From Limisphaerales bacterium (lineage in GTDB: Bacteria; Verrucomicrobiota; Verrucomicrobiia; Limisphaerales; UBA9464), in assembly GCA_965284395.1 (NCBI GenBank), contig OZ260084.1, forward strand, positions 595,401-659,400: 64,000 bases of DNA. Direction: 5' to 3'. How positions within the stretch are numbered: position 1 is the stretch's first letter; every line of letters begins with the position of its first letter. A program made the translations under genes and the position numbers. Shown piece after piece: positions 1 through 9,737 of the stretch. The notes beneath the pieces were generated by a model. The model was not told where the DNA came from, did no database searches, and saw only the letters and a program-made list of their open reading frames with translations.

Positions 1-1137
1 AATCAGGTTCGAGCCACAGTCGGCAATGAAGGCATCCCCCGCCACGTCGCCCGGATACGCGTCACCTCGATGGATGGTTACGCCCGTCGCGCCCGTGAAA
101 TAGCCCGATGGGCGCCCGCCTCCTTCGATCATTCCCTCCACCAGACCCGACACCCGCCAGCGCGTGCGAAGCACCCGCCACGGCTCGTCCGGCGACCTGC
201 GGTACACCGGTGCCGCCGGTCCGTCTGCTGCGATGCTGGCCCGATTCGCCGGCAAGGACTGGCCCGCTTCCACCGGGATTCCCGCATCATCGAAGAGGAT
301 CTGCTGCAGGTGATCCGAGTTGCTGCATACGAACTTCCGGCCCGTGCTGTCGAAACTCATCCCGTGCTGACCGCCGCCCGGTTCCGCCACCATCTCCAGG
401 GTCCGCGGATCAAAGGCAAAGTCCCGCCCCCGCAAGGCCAACGCCTCGGGAAGCCCGGCCCCGGGAACCCCTGCCTTCGCCCGCCACGCACGGACGAACG
501 CCGAGTCCACCAGCCCAACCCGCCCACCCGCCATGCTGGTCGCCCCATGGATCCGCTGGTCCAGGCCCCAGTGGAAGGAGTTCAACATCGCTTGCACGTT
601 CAGCTTCTTCGGATCGAGCGGCTGACCGTCCGACCCAAACCCCGTGAATATCCGCTCCCGCACCTCCGCCCGGCCGTCGCCGTCCGCATCCTTGATGTAC
701 CAGATGTCCGGCGTTGCCCCGACGAACACGCCCCCGTCCCAGCACGTCACCGCCGTCGGCCAAGGCAACCCATCACAAAGCACCGATCCCGAGTCCAGGT
801 CCCCGTCGAGATCCGTATCGACCAGCTTCCGGATCCGCCCCAGATGATCCTCGCGACGCTCCGAGTAGTCGCGCATCTCAACCACGAACACCGCCCCATG
901 CTCGTCGATGTCCAGCGCCACCGGACTCATCACCAACGGCTCCGCCGCCACCAACTGCGCCTCCCATCCAGACTTCACCGCGAACGTCCGCGCCGCCGCC
1001 CCCGCCTCCGTTGCCGGCACCCGCGGCATCTGCGATGCATCCACCTGCGGTTCGGCCGCGTGCCCTCCCATCGGAAGGCACGCCAACATCCACGGAACGG
1101 ACCAGCGCACCAGTCCTCGGATCAATGCGGTCGGCAT
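1..1137 (-). CDS. PVC-type membrane-bound dehydrogenase-domain protein, first 379 codons (3' end lies beyond the left window edge)
   Basis: Absent from the ORF track because it runs off the edge. My minus-strand translation from ATG 1137..1135 is open to base 1: MPTALIRGLVRWSVPWMLACLPMGG...FAVKSGWEAQLVAAEPLVMSPVALDIDEHGAVFVVEMRDYSERRED...KDADGDGRAEVRERIFTGFG...FHWGLDQRIHG...CSNSDHLQQI. It is colinear with the 7038..9737 product (FEIRLVAAEPVVVDPVYVDWDAQGRMWVVEMRDYP...DTDGDGRADVRKVLFTGFN...FEWGLDGWLY). Confidence 0.8.
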   Translation of the reverse strand, partial: MPTALIRGLVRWSVPWMLACLPMGGHAAEPQVDASQMPRVPATEAGAAARTFAVKSGWEAQLVAAEPLVMSPVALDIDEHGAVFVVEMRDYSERREDHLGRIRKLVDTDLDGDLDSGSVLCDGLPWPTAVTCWDGGVFVGATPDIWYIKDADGDGRAEVRERIFTGFGSDGQPLDPKKLNVQAMLNSFHWGLDQRIHGATSMAGGRVGLVDSAFVRAWRAKAGVPGAGLPEALALRGRDFAFDPRTLEMVAEPGGGQHGMSFDSTGRKFVCSNSDHLQQILFDDAGIPVEAGQSLPANRASIAADGPAAPVYRRSPDEPWRVLRTRWRVSGLVEGMIEGGGRPSGYFTGATGVTIHRGDAYPGDVAGDAFIADCGSNLI

Positions 1138-1589
1138 GCCCCGATTGGACCACGTTTCCCGTCCCCGTGTCTTGGAAATCAAGATTCCTGAAAATCGTGT
1201 GAAAGATTCTCACCACTCGCTGCGTTTACCCTCATGTGAGAGTGGTTGCTGCCCCATCCGTCGAAGAAGTCCGTGTGATGTCGCACACAATGTGTCAGGT
1301 GCCCGGGGGGCCATCATCGTCTCCCTGTTCGCGGTCTCGGGAGGCGATGCGGATTCAGCTTCACCCGCGGGATTTTCAGGTCGTCGACCTGTTCCAACGC
1401 GGCGTGGAGGGGCGGATGGTGGCAGCAACCCTGGGCCTCAACATCTGGCGGATCCACTGGCTCCGTCTGAGGATCGCCATCCAGGTCCTTTTCCGAGACC
1501 TGTCCCGCGGGTCGTCTGGGACCTGACACTTCTATCGGGGACTGCCCCCTTGAACTTCGCCGCAGGCCTTGGGTAATTTCGACGCGACC

Positions 1590-2264
1590 ATGAGCAACCC
1601 CTTCAACCTCGATTCCGTCCGCGAATCCCTCCAACGCATCGTCACCACCACCCAACTCCGAGGATTCGGCCGCCTCTGCCCGACGCCCCATATCCCGGAT
1701 TGCTGCGTCGACGAGACCGGTTGTCAGGCCGGTGCCCCAGAAGGACCCGCCGTCGTCCTACACGGTCTCGCCTCCGTCATCCCGTCCACTCCGCTCCATT
1801 TCATCCTCATCCTCGAACCCGGCGAACGCATCGCCATCGCGCGCATCGGAGCCCATCGGACCCGGCTCCAGGTCCTGTTCGGTGCCTGCGAGATCACCGC
1901 GCGCCACGTCTCCCGTCGTGTCACCGGGCCGGACGAAACCACCCTCACCGGCAAGGCAGGCAACACGATCCAGTTCCCCGTCCGCCTCGTGCCCGAAGGC
2001 AAGTCTCCGGACGGCGCGCAAGCTGCCTTCGATGCCGGGGATTTCCCCGATGACGACACCTTCCCGCTCTACATCGAAAGCCTGGGCGGCCTCAGCATCC
2101 TCCTCGTTTCCCGGCGCCAGGTCATCCGGGACGAGGCCGGGGCGGTGAAGGGCATCCAGGAACTCGAGGTCTATGCTTCGTCCTCCTGCGATCCGCGCTG
2201 CCAACGCGAGTGCCCGCATGCCACGGCATTCCCGGGCGTCGCTGCACCGGATGTCCAGCACTGA
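1590..2264 (+). CDS. hypothetical protein (ATG 1590; the track ORF starts at TTG 1569)
   Basis: 224-codon ORF with the same strong C-ending codon preference as neighbouring genes. No family recognised. Converges on the kinase gene. Confidence 0.5.
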   Translation: MSNPFNLDSVRESLQRIVTTTQLRGFGRLCPTPHIPDCCVDETGCQAGAPEGPAVVLHGLASVIPSTPLHFILILEPGERIAIARIGAHRTRLQVLFGACEITARHVSRRVTGPDETTLTGKAGNTIQFPVRLVPEGKSPDGAQAAFDAGDFPDDDTFPLYIESLGGLSILLVSRRQVIRDEAGAVKGIQELEVYASSSCDPRCQRECPHATAFPGVAAPDVQH

Positions 2265-2282
2265 GCCGAAGCACCGCGCTCC

Positions 2283-5240
2283 CTATCGAAGGTCCCAAAC
2301 CCGGATCGTGCCCGCCACGGTCCGGGCGGCCAGCCATCGCTCATCCCGAGACAAGACAAGCTGGCGGACGTCATGGGTTCCGTGACGGACCTTGGCGTCC
2401 ACCGCGGAGATCAAGGTCACCGGCTTCAGCGGGTCCATGGAATAGATCTGCAAATCGCCATTCCCCGTCCCTCCCACCAATCGCCCCCCCCGCTCGACAA
2501 AGGTCATCGAGTGCAGCTCCGTCGATGAAATGATGACCTCGTCTTTGGGTACCTCCCCCACCCGCGCCACACCGGTCAGGCCGGCCTCGCTGGCCACCGC
2601 ATACCAACTGCCATCCGGAGAGAGATAAGCGGCCTGCAATCGCATGGACGTGGAGGCGTCGAACAGCACCCGCCCACGCTTCGGACCAGCCGAGGTATCC
2701 AGCACCCGGATCTGCCCCCACCGATGCGATATCAGCGCCCGTTCCACGTCCCGGGCTGCGTAAACCATTCCGGGATTGCTCGGCCACTCCGCTGGCGGAG
2801 GAATCAGGTCGCTCCACACCAACTCTCCGTCATACCCATTCCATAGACGCTCACTTCCGTCCGTCCCAGCCACCAGGATCCATCGATTCCCAGGCCCGGT
2901 CGCCGCCGCAGAGCTGATCTCCAGCACCAGGTTCGTCCTCGGCACCAGAACCACTCCACGCTTTACCTCGAACGGAGGGCGCAGCGCGGCGCGCACCGCC
3001 TGCCCAGCCCGGTCATACCCAATCAACGCCTTGTCCGTATCAAACGTCAGCGGATAGAAAATCCCTGGGATCCGCTCCCGCTGCGTGAGATTCGTCGTCC
3101 GGAGGAGAGACACCGAATCGTCTGGATTGCTGACCGCGATCTGATCGCCGTCGTGGGAAAAGGCCAACCCTCCCCCGTCCCGGATGCTGAAGCCGGGAAT
3201 CTCGCCCAGCCGTGGCCCAGCCTTCAGGTTCCAGACGCGGACATCGCCGCCCACGGACGATCCCGCCAGCGCGGTTCCATCCGTGTTCCAGGCCAATGCC
3301 CGCACCTTCCCACTGAGTCCCACGAATTTTCGCACGATGCTGCCATCCGCGACCCGGCTGACCACCACCACGGCATCATCCGCCCCCGAGGCCAGCAGCG
3401 TACCATCCGGTGAGAATGCCAAGGTCGTCAACGAACCGAAGTGCAGGCCAGTCGACCAGATGGGCCTTCCGGACTCCGCGTCGTAGAGGTGAAGATCCTG
3501 CGGTCCCTGATTCGCCACCGCGATCCGATGCCCGTCCGGAGAGATCCGCATCGCCAGGATGGCGTGGGGATACTCAACCCTCCAAGGGGAAGCGCCGGAT
3601 GCCCGGAATGACACCACGGCCATGGTCGCGTTGTGGTTCCTGCCCCGGATCGTCGCCACCACGAACCGGGGATCCGCACCGTCCCCAACCACGGCAGCGA
3701 AAGGCGTCTCATCCGCCACCCCACCGGGAATCACCGCCGTTGCCAGACGAAGCCGAGGCCCGGGATCCATCTGCGCCATCCAGTAGTCGACCGAGGTTGC
3801 TGGCACCTTGGATCCCATGGTCCCCGGACGAGCCAGGTCCCGGAAGGGTTCCGATGTCAGTGCCCGCGGGAAAACCTTCGAGCCCTCGGGAATGTCCACA
3901 CGCATGCCGCCGGGGCCCAACGCGACCCTCGCCCCAGGAGGCGCGGTCCAGAGATTGCCGGCGAGATCGAGCCCGATCGGCGCGTTCGTGGACCGCACCC
4001 GCAATTCGGCCCCTGCCTTCTTCAGGTCCCACTCGATCACCTCGTGAAGTCGGCTTTCACCTCCGAGGGCGGCGTGCCCCAGGAGTCGACGACCATCCGG
4101 ATGGAACCGCAGCGACGTCACGTCGAGACCTCGTCGCTGGAGCTGGAGACACGGGTCTCCGTCCGCCTCCGTCCGCAGCGCGTGCCACTCGAAGCCCCGC
4201 GGATCGATCCAGCGGTCGGTCTGGGTATCCAGCAATTCCCGCGCCCGCGCAAAATTGGTGACGCTCAATGCCAGGTACGCCTGGTTCAACTGTGCCCTGT
4301 ACGCCTCCTCCGCGAAACGGGCCGCCTGCCAATACGCCGCCGATGCCAACCCCAGAGCCACCGCCAACATCACCAGGGACAGGGCCGTTGCACTCTTCAA
4401 CGCCCGGATCCGACGCTGCACCCGCGGGATCAACAGCAACCGCAGTTCTTCCACCATCTCCCGGATGTCCGCGTACCGACGGGCAGGATCCGGATCACAG
4501 GCGTGCAGGACGATCTGGTTCAGTTGCGGGAACTCGATTGCCAACTCGCCAGGTGTCTTCGGAGGCGAGAGAGACGGGAAATCCATGCGGTCCCGGCCAT
4601 TCGCCAATTCATACAGTACCTTGCCCAGCGCGTAGGCATCCGCAGACGGCGTCCCAGCCCCCTCGGACGGAACATAACCCGCCGTCCCGATCTGCTTGGA
4701 GTCCGCCGCACTGACCTCCATCAACCCGACGTCGGCCAGCTTGTAGACGCCTCCCACCACCACCACGTTGCCCGGCTTGACGTCTCGATGCACCAACCCC
4801 CGCCCGTGCAGATAGGCCAATGATTCCCCGAGCGTGATCCCGATCCGGATCACTTCTTCGATCGTGTGCCGCCGACGCTTCCGCTCCGCCTCCAACGTCA
4901 GCGGCTCATAAAGCACCGTATCCAGCTTCGGCCGACGAACCACGTCGTCCGCCAGCTCCATCACATAGAAGAAGAATCCGTCTTCCTCCCGTTTCCCGAC
5001 GTGCAGGATCGGCAGCTGCCCTGGATTGCCCAGGCAGACCTCGGCAAACAGTCGGATCCCTTCGAACTCCCGCTCAAAGCGCGAACCCGACTGAGTCCGG
5101 AACACCAGCTTCACCGCCCGGTAACCCCCAAGGACATTCCGCGCGAGCCACACCTCCCCGAAGGCCCCGCGCCCGATGGACCGGATCAACTCGAACTCGG
5201 GAATCTGGTAAGGGTCAGGACTCGGCCCGGCAGGATCCAT
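2283..5240 (-). CDS. serine/threonine protein kinase with transmembrane helix and C-terminal WD40-like beta-propeller
   Basis: Track ORF 2283..5372. The first 44 codons are Arg-rich read-through, and ATG 5240 gives MDPAGPSPDPYQIPEFELIRSIGRGAFGEVWLA (Gly-loop). Also present: YRAVKLV Lys, HRDVKPGN catalytic loop, LADVGL (DFG-like), a TM segment ATALSLVMLAVALGLASAAYW, then WD40-like blades (LAFSPDGTLLASGADD, DVRVWNL, IRVWDL). Confidence 0.9.
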   Translation of the reverse strand: MDPAGPSPDPYQIPEFELIRSIGRGAFGEVWLARNVLGGYRAVKLVFRTQSGSRFEREFEGIRLFAEVCLGNPGQLPILHVGKREEDGFFFYVMELADDVVRRPKLDTVLYEPLTLEAERKRRRHTIEEVIRIGITLGESLAYLHGRGLVHRDVKPGNVVVVGGVYKLADVGLMEVSAADSKQIGTAGYVPSEGAGTPSADAYALGKVLYELANGRDRMDFPSLSPPKTPGELAIEFPQLNQIVLHACDPDPARRYADIREMVEELRLLLIPRVQRRIRALKSATALSLVMLAVALGLASAAYWQAARFAEEAYRAQLNQAYLALSVTNFARARELLDTQTDRWIDPRGFEWHALRTEADGDPCLQLQRRGLDVTSLRFHPDGRRLLGHAALGGESRLHEVIEWDLKKAGAELRVRSTNAPIGLDLAGNLWTAPPGARVALGPGGMRVDIPEGSKVFPRALTSEPFRDLARPGTMGSKVPATSVDYWMAQMDPGPRLRLATAVIPGGVADETPFAAVVGDGADPRFVVATIRGRNHNATMAVVSFRASGASPWRVEYPHAILAMRISPDGHRIAVANQGPQDLHLYDAESGRPIWSTGLHFGSLTTLAFSPDGTLLASGADDAVVVVSRVADGSIVRKFVGLSGKVRALAWNTDGTALAGSSVGGDVRVWNLKAGPRLGEIPGFSIRDGGGLAFSHDGDQIAVSNPDDSVSLLRTTNLTQRERIPGIFYPLTFDTDKALIGYDRAGQAVRAALRPPFEVKRGVVLVPRTNLVLEISSAAATGPGNRWILVAGTDGSERLWNGYDGELVWSDLIPPPAEWPSNPGMVYAARDVERALISHRWGQIRVLDTSAGPKRGRVLFDASTSMRLQAAYLSPDGSWYAVASEAGLTGVARVGEVPKDEVIISSTELHSMTFVERGGRLVGGTGNGDLQIYSMDPLKPVTLISAVDAKVRHGTHDVRQLVLSRDERWLAARTVAGTIRVWDLR

Positions 5241-5601
5241 GGCAAGGCACCACCCTAACCCCCTGTCATCCAACCGAGGAAAGCGGAAAAATCGCGACCT
5301 TCGCCGCCCATGACGCCGGAGGCGTTGCAGCCGGTAGCGGGTCGCGAAGCGACCCCGGGTCCAACGCGACATTTCGACACCAACCCCGGCAGGGGTTGCA
5401 TCCGCCGCGTTCTTCCCCCTCCGGGATGCAAATGGATTCCGTTACGTCTTCCCCAGGTAGGCGCTGGCGCGCCAGCCCCGGGGCTATCTGCTGTAACGCC
5501 TCCGTCGTACACGATGAACACAAGCCTGCCTCTTGGCCCCTCGAACTTTCCCCCAGCCCCCGCCTTGATCTCCAAGCCGCGCGGCAGGAACCTCCACCTC
5601 C

Positions 5602-7041
5602 ATGAACCCCGTCCTCCTCCGACGACGCCCGTTCCTCCGGATGGCCGGCTTCGCCTGCGTTGCCTCCGCCATTGCCGCCCGGGCCGATGACCGGCCGAGC
5701 GAGCTTTCCATCGAGGGTTACCCCGGCTCTGTCAGTTACCCCCAGGGTTCCGAGTTGGACCTCCACATCTCCTCGAGCCTCCGCCGATTCAGCGTCGAGA
5801 TCTCTCGGGTCGGGGCGAAGCGCGAATCCGTCTGGAGCGGCACCTCGGATGCCGGCGCGTTGCATCCGATCCCCGAAGACGCCTCCTCCCGAGGATGCAA
5901 CTGGCCCGTCGCACTCCGCGTGCCCATCGCCCCGACCTGGCGCCCTGGCTATTACCACGTGACGCTCCGGGTGGAGGATCGCGGCGGGAAGTTCACCCGA
6001 CGCAACCGACGCACCTCCGAGTCCTCCTGCTATTTCATCGTCCGCTCGAACCAGCCCGGCCGCGATTCGAAGATCCTGCTCCAGCTCTCCACCCACACCT
6101 ACAACGCCTACAACAACTGGGGCGGCTTCAGCCTCTACGCCTACCACGGCCAGGGCGGTAACCAGGGTCACCGCGTCTCCTACCTTCGCCCGCCTGAATC
6201 GATCTTCCCCAGCTGGGAACAGCCCTTCGTCGAGTGGGCCGAATCCAACGGGTATACCTTGGACTACGCCGCCAACGGCGACCTTGAGTCGCATCCGGAG
6301 ATGCTCTCAGCCTACAAACTGGTCCTCAGCGTCGGGCACGACGAGTACTGGTCCGCCCCCATGCGCGATCACCTCGAGAAGTTCATCACCAACGGCGGCA
6401 ACGTCGCCTTCTTCAGCGGCAACACCTGCTGCTGGCAGGTCCGCGCCGAGGACAACGGTACCGCCCTGACCTGCTGGAAGCAGAACGTCCAGCAGGACCC
6501 TGTCTTCATCGCGCGCCAGAGCCAGGCCACCCTGTCGAGCCTCTGGAGCCATCACCTTGTCCAACGACCCGAGAACCAGCTCACCGGCGTCGGCTTCCTC
6601 TGGGGCGGCTACCACAAGAGCCACGGCCAACTCATGGATGCCCCGGGCGCCTTCAACGTCCATCGCCCCAACCACTGGATCTTCGAAGGCACCCAACTCA
6701 AGGCCGGCGACGCCTTCGGGGCCAAGGACACCATCGTCGGATACGAATGCGACGGTTGTGAACTGACCTGGAAGGACGGCATCCCGACGCCCACCTACCG
6801 CGACGGCACCCCCAAGACCTTCGAGATCCTCGCCTCCGCTCCGGCCCAGTGGCATCCCGACGACTGCGAGTGGTACGAACGCTGGGAACCCGGCCGCAAG
6901 GGCAACGCCGTCCTCGGCGTCTACACCCGCGGCGGCACGGTGTTCACCTGCGGTTCCACCGACTGGTCCCACGGACTTCGCGGACGCGATCCCGCCGTCG
7001 AACGGATCACCCGGAACATCCTCGATCGCCTCGGCAAATGA
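5602..7041 (+). CDS. N,N-dimethylformamidase beta-subunit-like family protein, Tat-signal-like N-terminus
   Basis: N-terminus MNPVLLRRRPFLRMAGFACVASAIAARA. Motifs LLQLSTHTYNAYNNWGGFSLY and GHDEYWS are typical of this family. The stop overlaps the next start (ATGA at 7038..7041). Confidence 0.7.
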   Translation: MNPVLLRRRPFLRMAGFACVASAIAARADDRPSELSIEGYPGSVSYPQGSELDLHISSSLRRFSVEISRVGAKRESVWSGTSDAGALHPIPEDASSRGCNWPVALRVPIAPTWRPGYYHVTLRVEDRGGKFTRRNRRTSESSCYFIVRSNQPGRDSKILLQLSTHTYNAYNNWGGFSLYAYHGQGGNQGHRVSYLRPPESIFPSWEQPFVEWAESNGYTLDYAANGDLESHPEMLSAYKLVLSVGHDEYWSAPMRDHLEKFITNGGNVAFFSGNTCCWQVRAEDNGTALTCWKQNVQQDPVFIARQSQATLSSLWSHHLVQRPENQLTGVGFLWGGYHKSHGQLMDAPGAFNVHRPNHWIFEGTQLKAGDAFGAKDTIVGYECDGCELTWKDGIPTPTYRDGTPKTFEILASAPAQWHPDDCEWYERWEPGRKGNAVLGVYTRGGTVFTCGSTDWSHGLRGRDPAVERITRNILDRLGK

Positions 7042-9737
7042 ACCTCCGACGCCCCGCGCAGGTCGTCCTGGCCTCATTCGCCTCAGCCCTTCTGGCCCAG
7101 CAGGCCCCGCCCGATCGTGTCGACTTCGACCACGACGGCACCCCGGAATCCCTCGCTCACCAACCGGGCAAAACCACGCTTCGCAAGCGGGACGGTTCCA
7201 ACGCCGACTTCCAGTTCCCGGAAGGCGTCCACGCCCTCGACGCCCAGGGCCGCGACAACGGCCTCCGCTTCGTCGACCTCAACGGCGATGGCTTCGTCGA
7301 TCTCCTCCAGTCCAATCCTGCCGGCTACGCCATCCACCTCTGGAACGGCAATGTCCAACCCCACCTCGGCTGGACCAAGGGCTGGTCCCAGTTCGTCCGC
7401 GCCAGCCAACGCACCGGCACCCCCGATGAACCCCCTTCCCTCGTCGGACTCGACGTCAGCGTCGTCGACGGACAGGTCATCCTCAGCGACGCCACCCGCA
7501 CGACCCGCCTCAACGCCCGCGAACTGATCGCCGTCCGGATGCCGCCGCCGAAGTCCCCGGACGAAGCCCTCGCCTCCATGCGTCTGCGCGATGGCTTCGA
7601 GATCCGACTCGTCGCGGCCGAGCCCGTGGTCGTCGACCCCGTCTACGTCGACTGGGACGCCCAGGGCCGGATGTGGGTCGTCGAGATGCGCGACTACCCT
7701 CTCGGCATCGACGGCAAGGGCAAGCCCGGCGGCCAGGTGAAGATCCTCCACGACGACGACGGCGACGGCCGCATGGACCGCGTTGTTCCGTTCCTCACCG
7801 ACATTCCCTTTCCTTCCAGCGTGCTCCCCTACGGAAAGGGCGCCCTCGTCGCCGCCGCCCCGGACCTGTTCTACGCCGAGGACACCGATGGCGACGGTCG
7901 CGCCGACGTCCGCAAGGTGCTCTTCACCGGCTTCAACCCCGGCAACCAGCAGCATCGCTTCAACGGCTTCGAATGGGGCCTCGACGGCTGGCTCTACCTC
8001 GCCAACGGCGACAGCGGCGGCACGGTGAAGTCCATCGCCACCGGGAAGTCGCTCTCGATCAGCGGACGCGACCTGCGCCTCCGCCCCGACACCGGCGAGT
8101 TGGAAACCGTCTCCGCGCAGACGCAGTTCGGACGACGCCGCGACGATTGGGGAAACTGGTTCGGCAACAATAACCCGACCTGGCTCTGGCACGTCACGCT
8201 CCCCGAACACTACCTCCGACGGAATCCGTCGGTCGCCGTGAAGCGCGTCTCCCGGACTCTCGCCAACGACGAGGATTCCACCCGCACCTTCCCGACATCC
8301 GCCCCGCTGACGCGGCCCAACCAACCCTGGTCCCTGAACCATGTCACCAGCGGCTGCAGCCCGACGCCCTATCGCGACGATCTCTTCGGTCCCGACTTCG
8401 CCACCTCCGTCTTCATCAGCGAACCCGTCCACAACGTCATCCACCGCGAAGTCCTTTCTCCTGACGGTTCCGGTCTCCAGAGCCATCGCGCCCCCGATGA
8501 ACGGACATCCGAATTCCTAGCGAGCACCGACCATTGGTTCCGCCCGACAACCCTGAAGACCGGACCCGATGGCGCGCTGTATGTGACCGACATGTACCGC
8601 TTCATCCTCGAGCATCCCGAGTGGATCTCGGCCGAGATGCAGGCGCGCGTAAACCTTCGGGCCGGTGAAGACCGCGGGCGGATCTATCGCATCGCTCCCA
8701 AGGGTTCGGCCCGGCGGCCCATCCCGAACCTCGCCCGACTCGACACCGCCGGCCTCGTCGCCGCCATGGATTCCCCCAATGGCTGGCAACGCGACCGCGT
8801 CATGGATCTGCTCGCCACCCGACGCGACCCCACCGCGGTCACCCGACTCCGCGAACTCCTCCAACCCAGCCATCGTCCGCAGGTCCGCGTCCAGGCCCTC
8901 GCCACGCTCGGCCTTCTGGGCGCGCTCGATCTCCCCACGCTCTCCGCTGCGCTCACCGACCCGCATCCGGCCGTCCGGCGTCAGGCCCTCGAACAATCCG
9001 AACGCCTTGCGCCTGGACCACGGGAACTCTTCGATTCGATTGCCGCGCTCGCCAGCGATCCCGATCCAGCCGTCCGCCTGCAGGCCGCCTTCTCCCTCGG
9101 CCCATGGCCCGCTTCATGGTCCGAACCCGTCCTCCGTGATCTCGCCGCCCGCGACGCCTCGGACGATTCCATCCGCATCGCCGTCCAGACTTCCCTGCGC
9201 CCGGACAGCGCGCTGTTCCTCGAACTCAAGGCCGGTCAGGCGCCCGCCCGCGCCGCCACCCAGCCCACCCTCAAGCCCAGCTCAACCGATCGCGCCGAGG
9301 TCATCAGCCGCTTCGCCAGCACCACCTCGCTCAAGGGAAACCCCGGCAAGGGCCACGCGCACTTCACCGCCCTTTGCGCCGGATGCCACCGCCTCCGCGG
9401 CGAAGGCAACGAGGTCGGCCCCGACCTCAACATGGTCGCCACGAAACCCGTCGACTGGATGCTCCACGCCATCCTCGATCCCAGTCAGGCCATCGAGGCC
9501 CGCTACCGCGCCTGGACCCTGGACGTCGACGGCGGCGAACCCATCTCCGGTATCATCGCCGCCGAGACCGCCAACAACCTCGTCCTCCGCTACGCCGGCA
9601 ATCCCGAGGTACCCGTCCTCCGTTCCCAGATCCGCAGCATGACGCCCATGAAGGAATCCCTCATGCCCGCTGGATTCGAATCCGCCCTGCAACCACAGGA
9701 CATGGCCGATCTCCTCGCGTGGATCCGCGGCGAATGA
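7038..9737 (+). CDS. membrane-bound dehydrogenase-domain / HEAT-repeat / Pirellula-Verrucomicrobium-type heme-binding CxxCH protein
   Basis: Track ORF 6849..9737 trimmed to ATG 7038 (MNLRRPAQVVLASFASALLAQQ signal). FG-GAP-like DLNGDGFVDLL; dehydrogenase-like core (WVVEMRDYP, FEWGLDGWLY); HEAT-like helical repeats; C-terminal cytochrome c motif CAGCHRLRGEGNEVGPDL...SLMP. Confidence 0.85.
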   Translation: MNLRRPAQVVLASFASALLAQQAPPDRVDFDHDGTPESLAHQPGKTTLRKRDGSNADFQFPEGVHALDAQGRDNGLRFVDLNGDGFVDLLQSNPAGYAIHLWNGNVQPHLGWTKGWSQFVRASQRTGTPDEPPSLVGLDVSVVDGQVILSDATRTTRLNARELIAVRMPPPKSPDEALASMRLRDGFEIRLVAAEPVVVDPVYVDWDAQGRMWVVEMRDYPLGIDGKGKPGGQVKILHDDDGDGRMDRVVPFLTDIPFPSSVLPYGKGALVAAAPDLFYAEDTDGDGRADVRKVLFTGFNPGNQQHRFNGFEWGLDGWLYLANGDSGGTVKSIATGKSLSISGRDLRLRPDTGELETVSAQTQFGRRRDDWGNWFGNNNPTWLWHVTLPEHYLRRNPSVAVKRVSRTLANDEDSTRTFPTSAPLTRPNQPWSLNHVTSGCSPTPYRDDLFGPDFATSVFISEPVHNVIHREVLSPDGSGLQSHRAPDERTSEFLASTDHWFRPTTLKTGPDGALYVTDMYRFILEHPEWISAEMQARVNLRAGEDRGRIYRIAPKGSARRPIPNLARLDTAGLVAAMDSPNGWQRDRVMDLLATRRDPTAVTRLRELLQPSHRPQVRVQALATLGLLGALDLPTLSAALTDPHPAVRRQALEQSERLAPGPRELFDSIAALASDPDPAVRLQAAFSLGPWPASWSEPVLRDLAARDASDDSIRIAVQTSLRPDSALFLELKAGQAPARAATQPTLKPSSTDRAEVISRFASTTSLKGNPGKGHAHFTALCAGCHRLRGEGNEVGPDLNMVATKPVDWMLHAILDPSQAIEARYRAWTLDVDGGEPISGIIAAETANNLVLRYAGNPEVPVLRSQIRSMTPMKESLMPAGFESALQPQDMADLLAWIRGE

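Noticed and set aside
70-1216. Track ORFs 70..1191(+), 714..1202(+) and 878..1216(-) at the left edge
   Set aside because: All are Arg/Pro-rich. A different minus-strand frame, omitted from the track because it runs off the edge, is open throughout and homologous to the 7038..9737 product.
6849-7037. 5' extensions of track ORFs (6849, 9374, 12788, 16025, 28846, 30247, 45616, 47259, 51471, 52553, 54261; minus-strand 5372, 20893, 32995, 58010)
   Set aside because: The extensions are Arg/Pro-rich read-through, often across repeats or the upstream gene. Internal ATG/GTG starts give proper signal peptides or family-typical N-termini, and frequently ATGA overlaps with the upstream stop.
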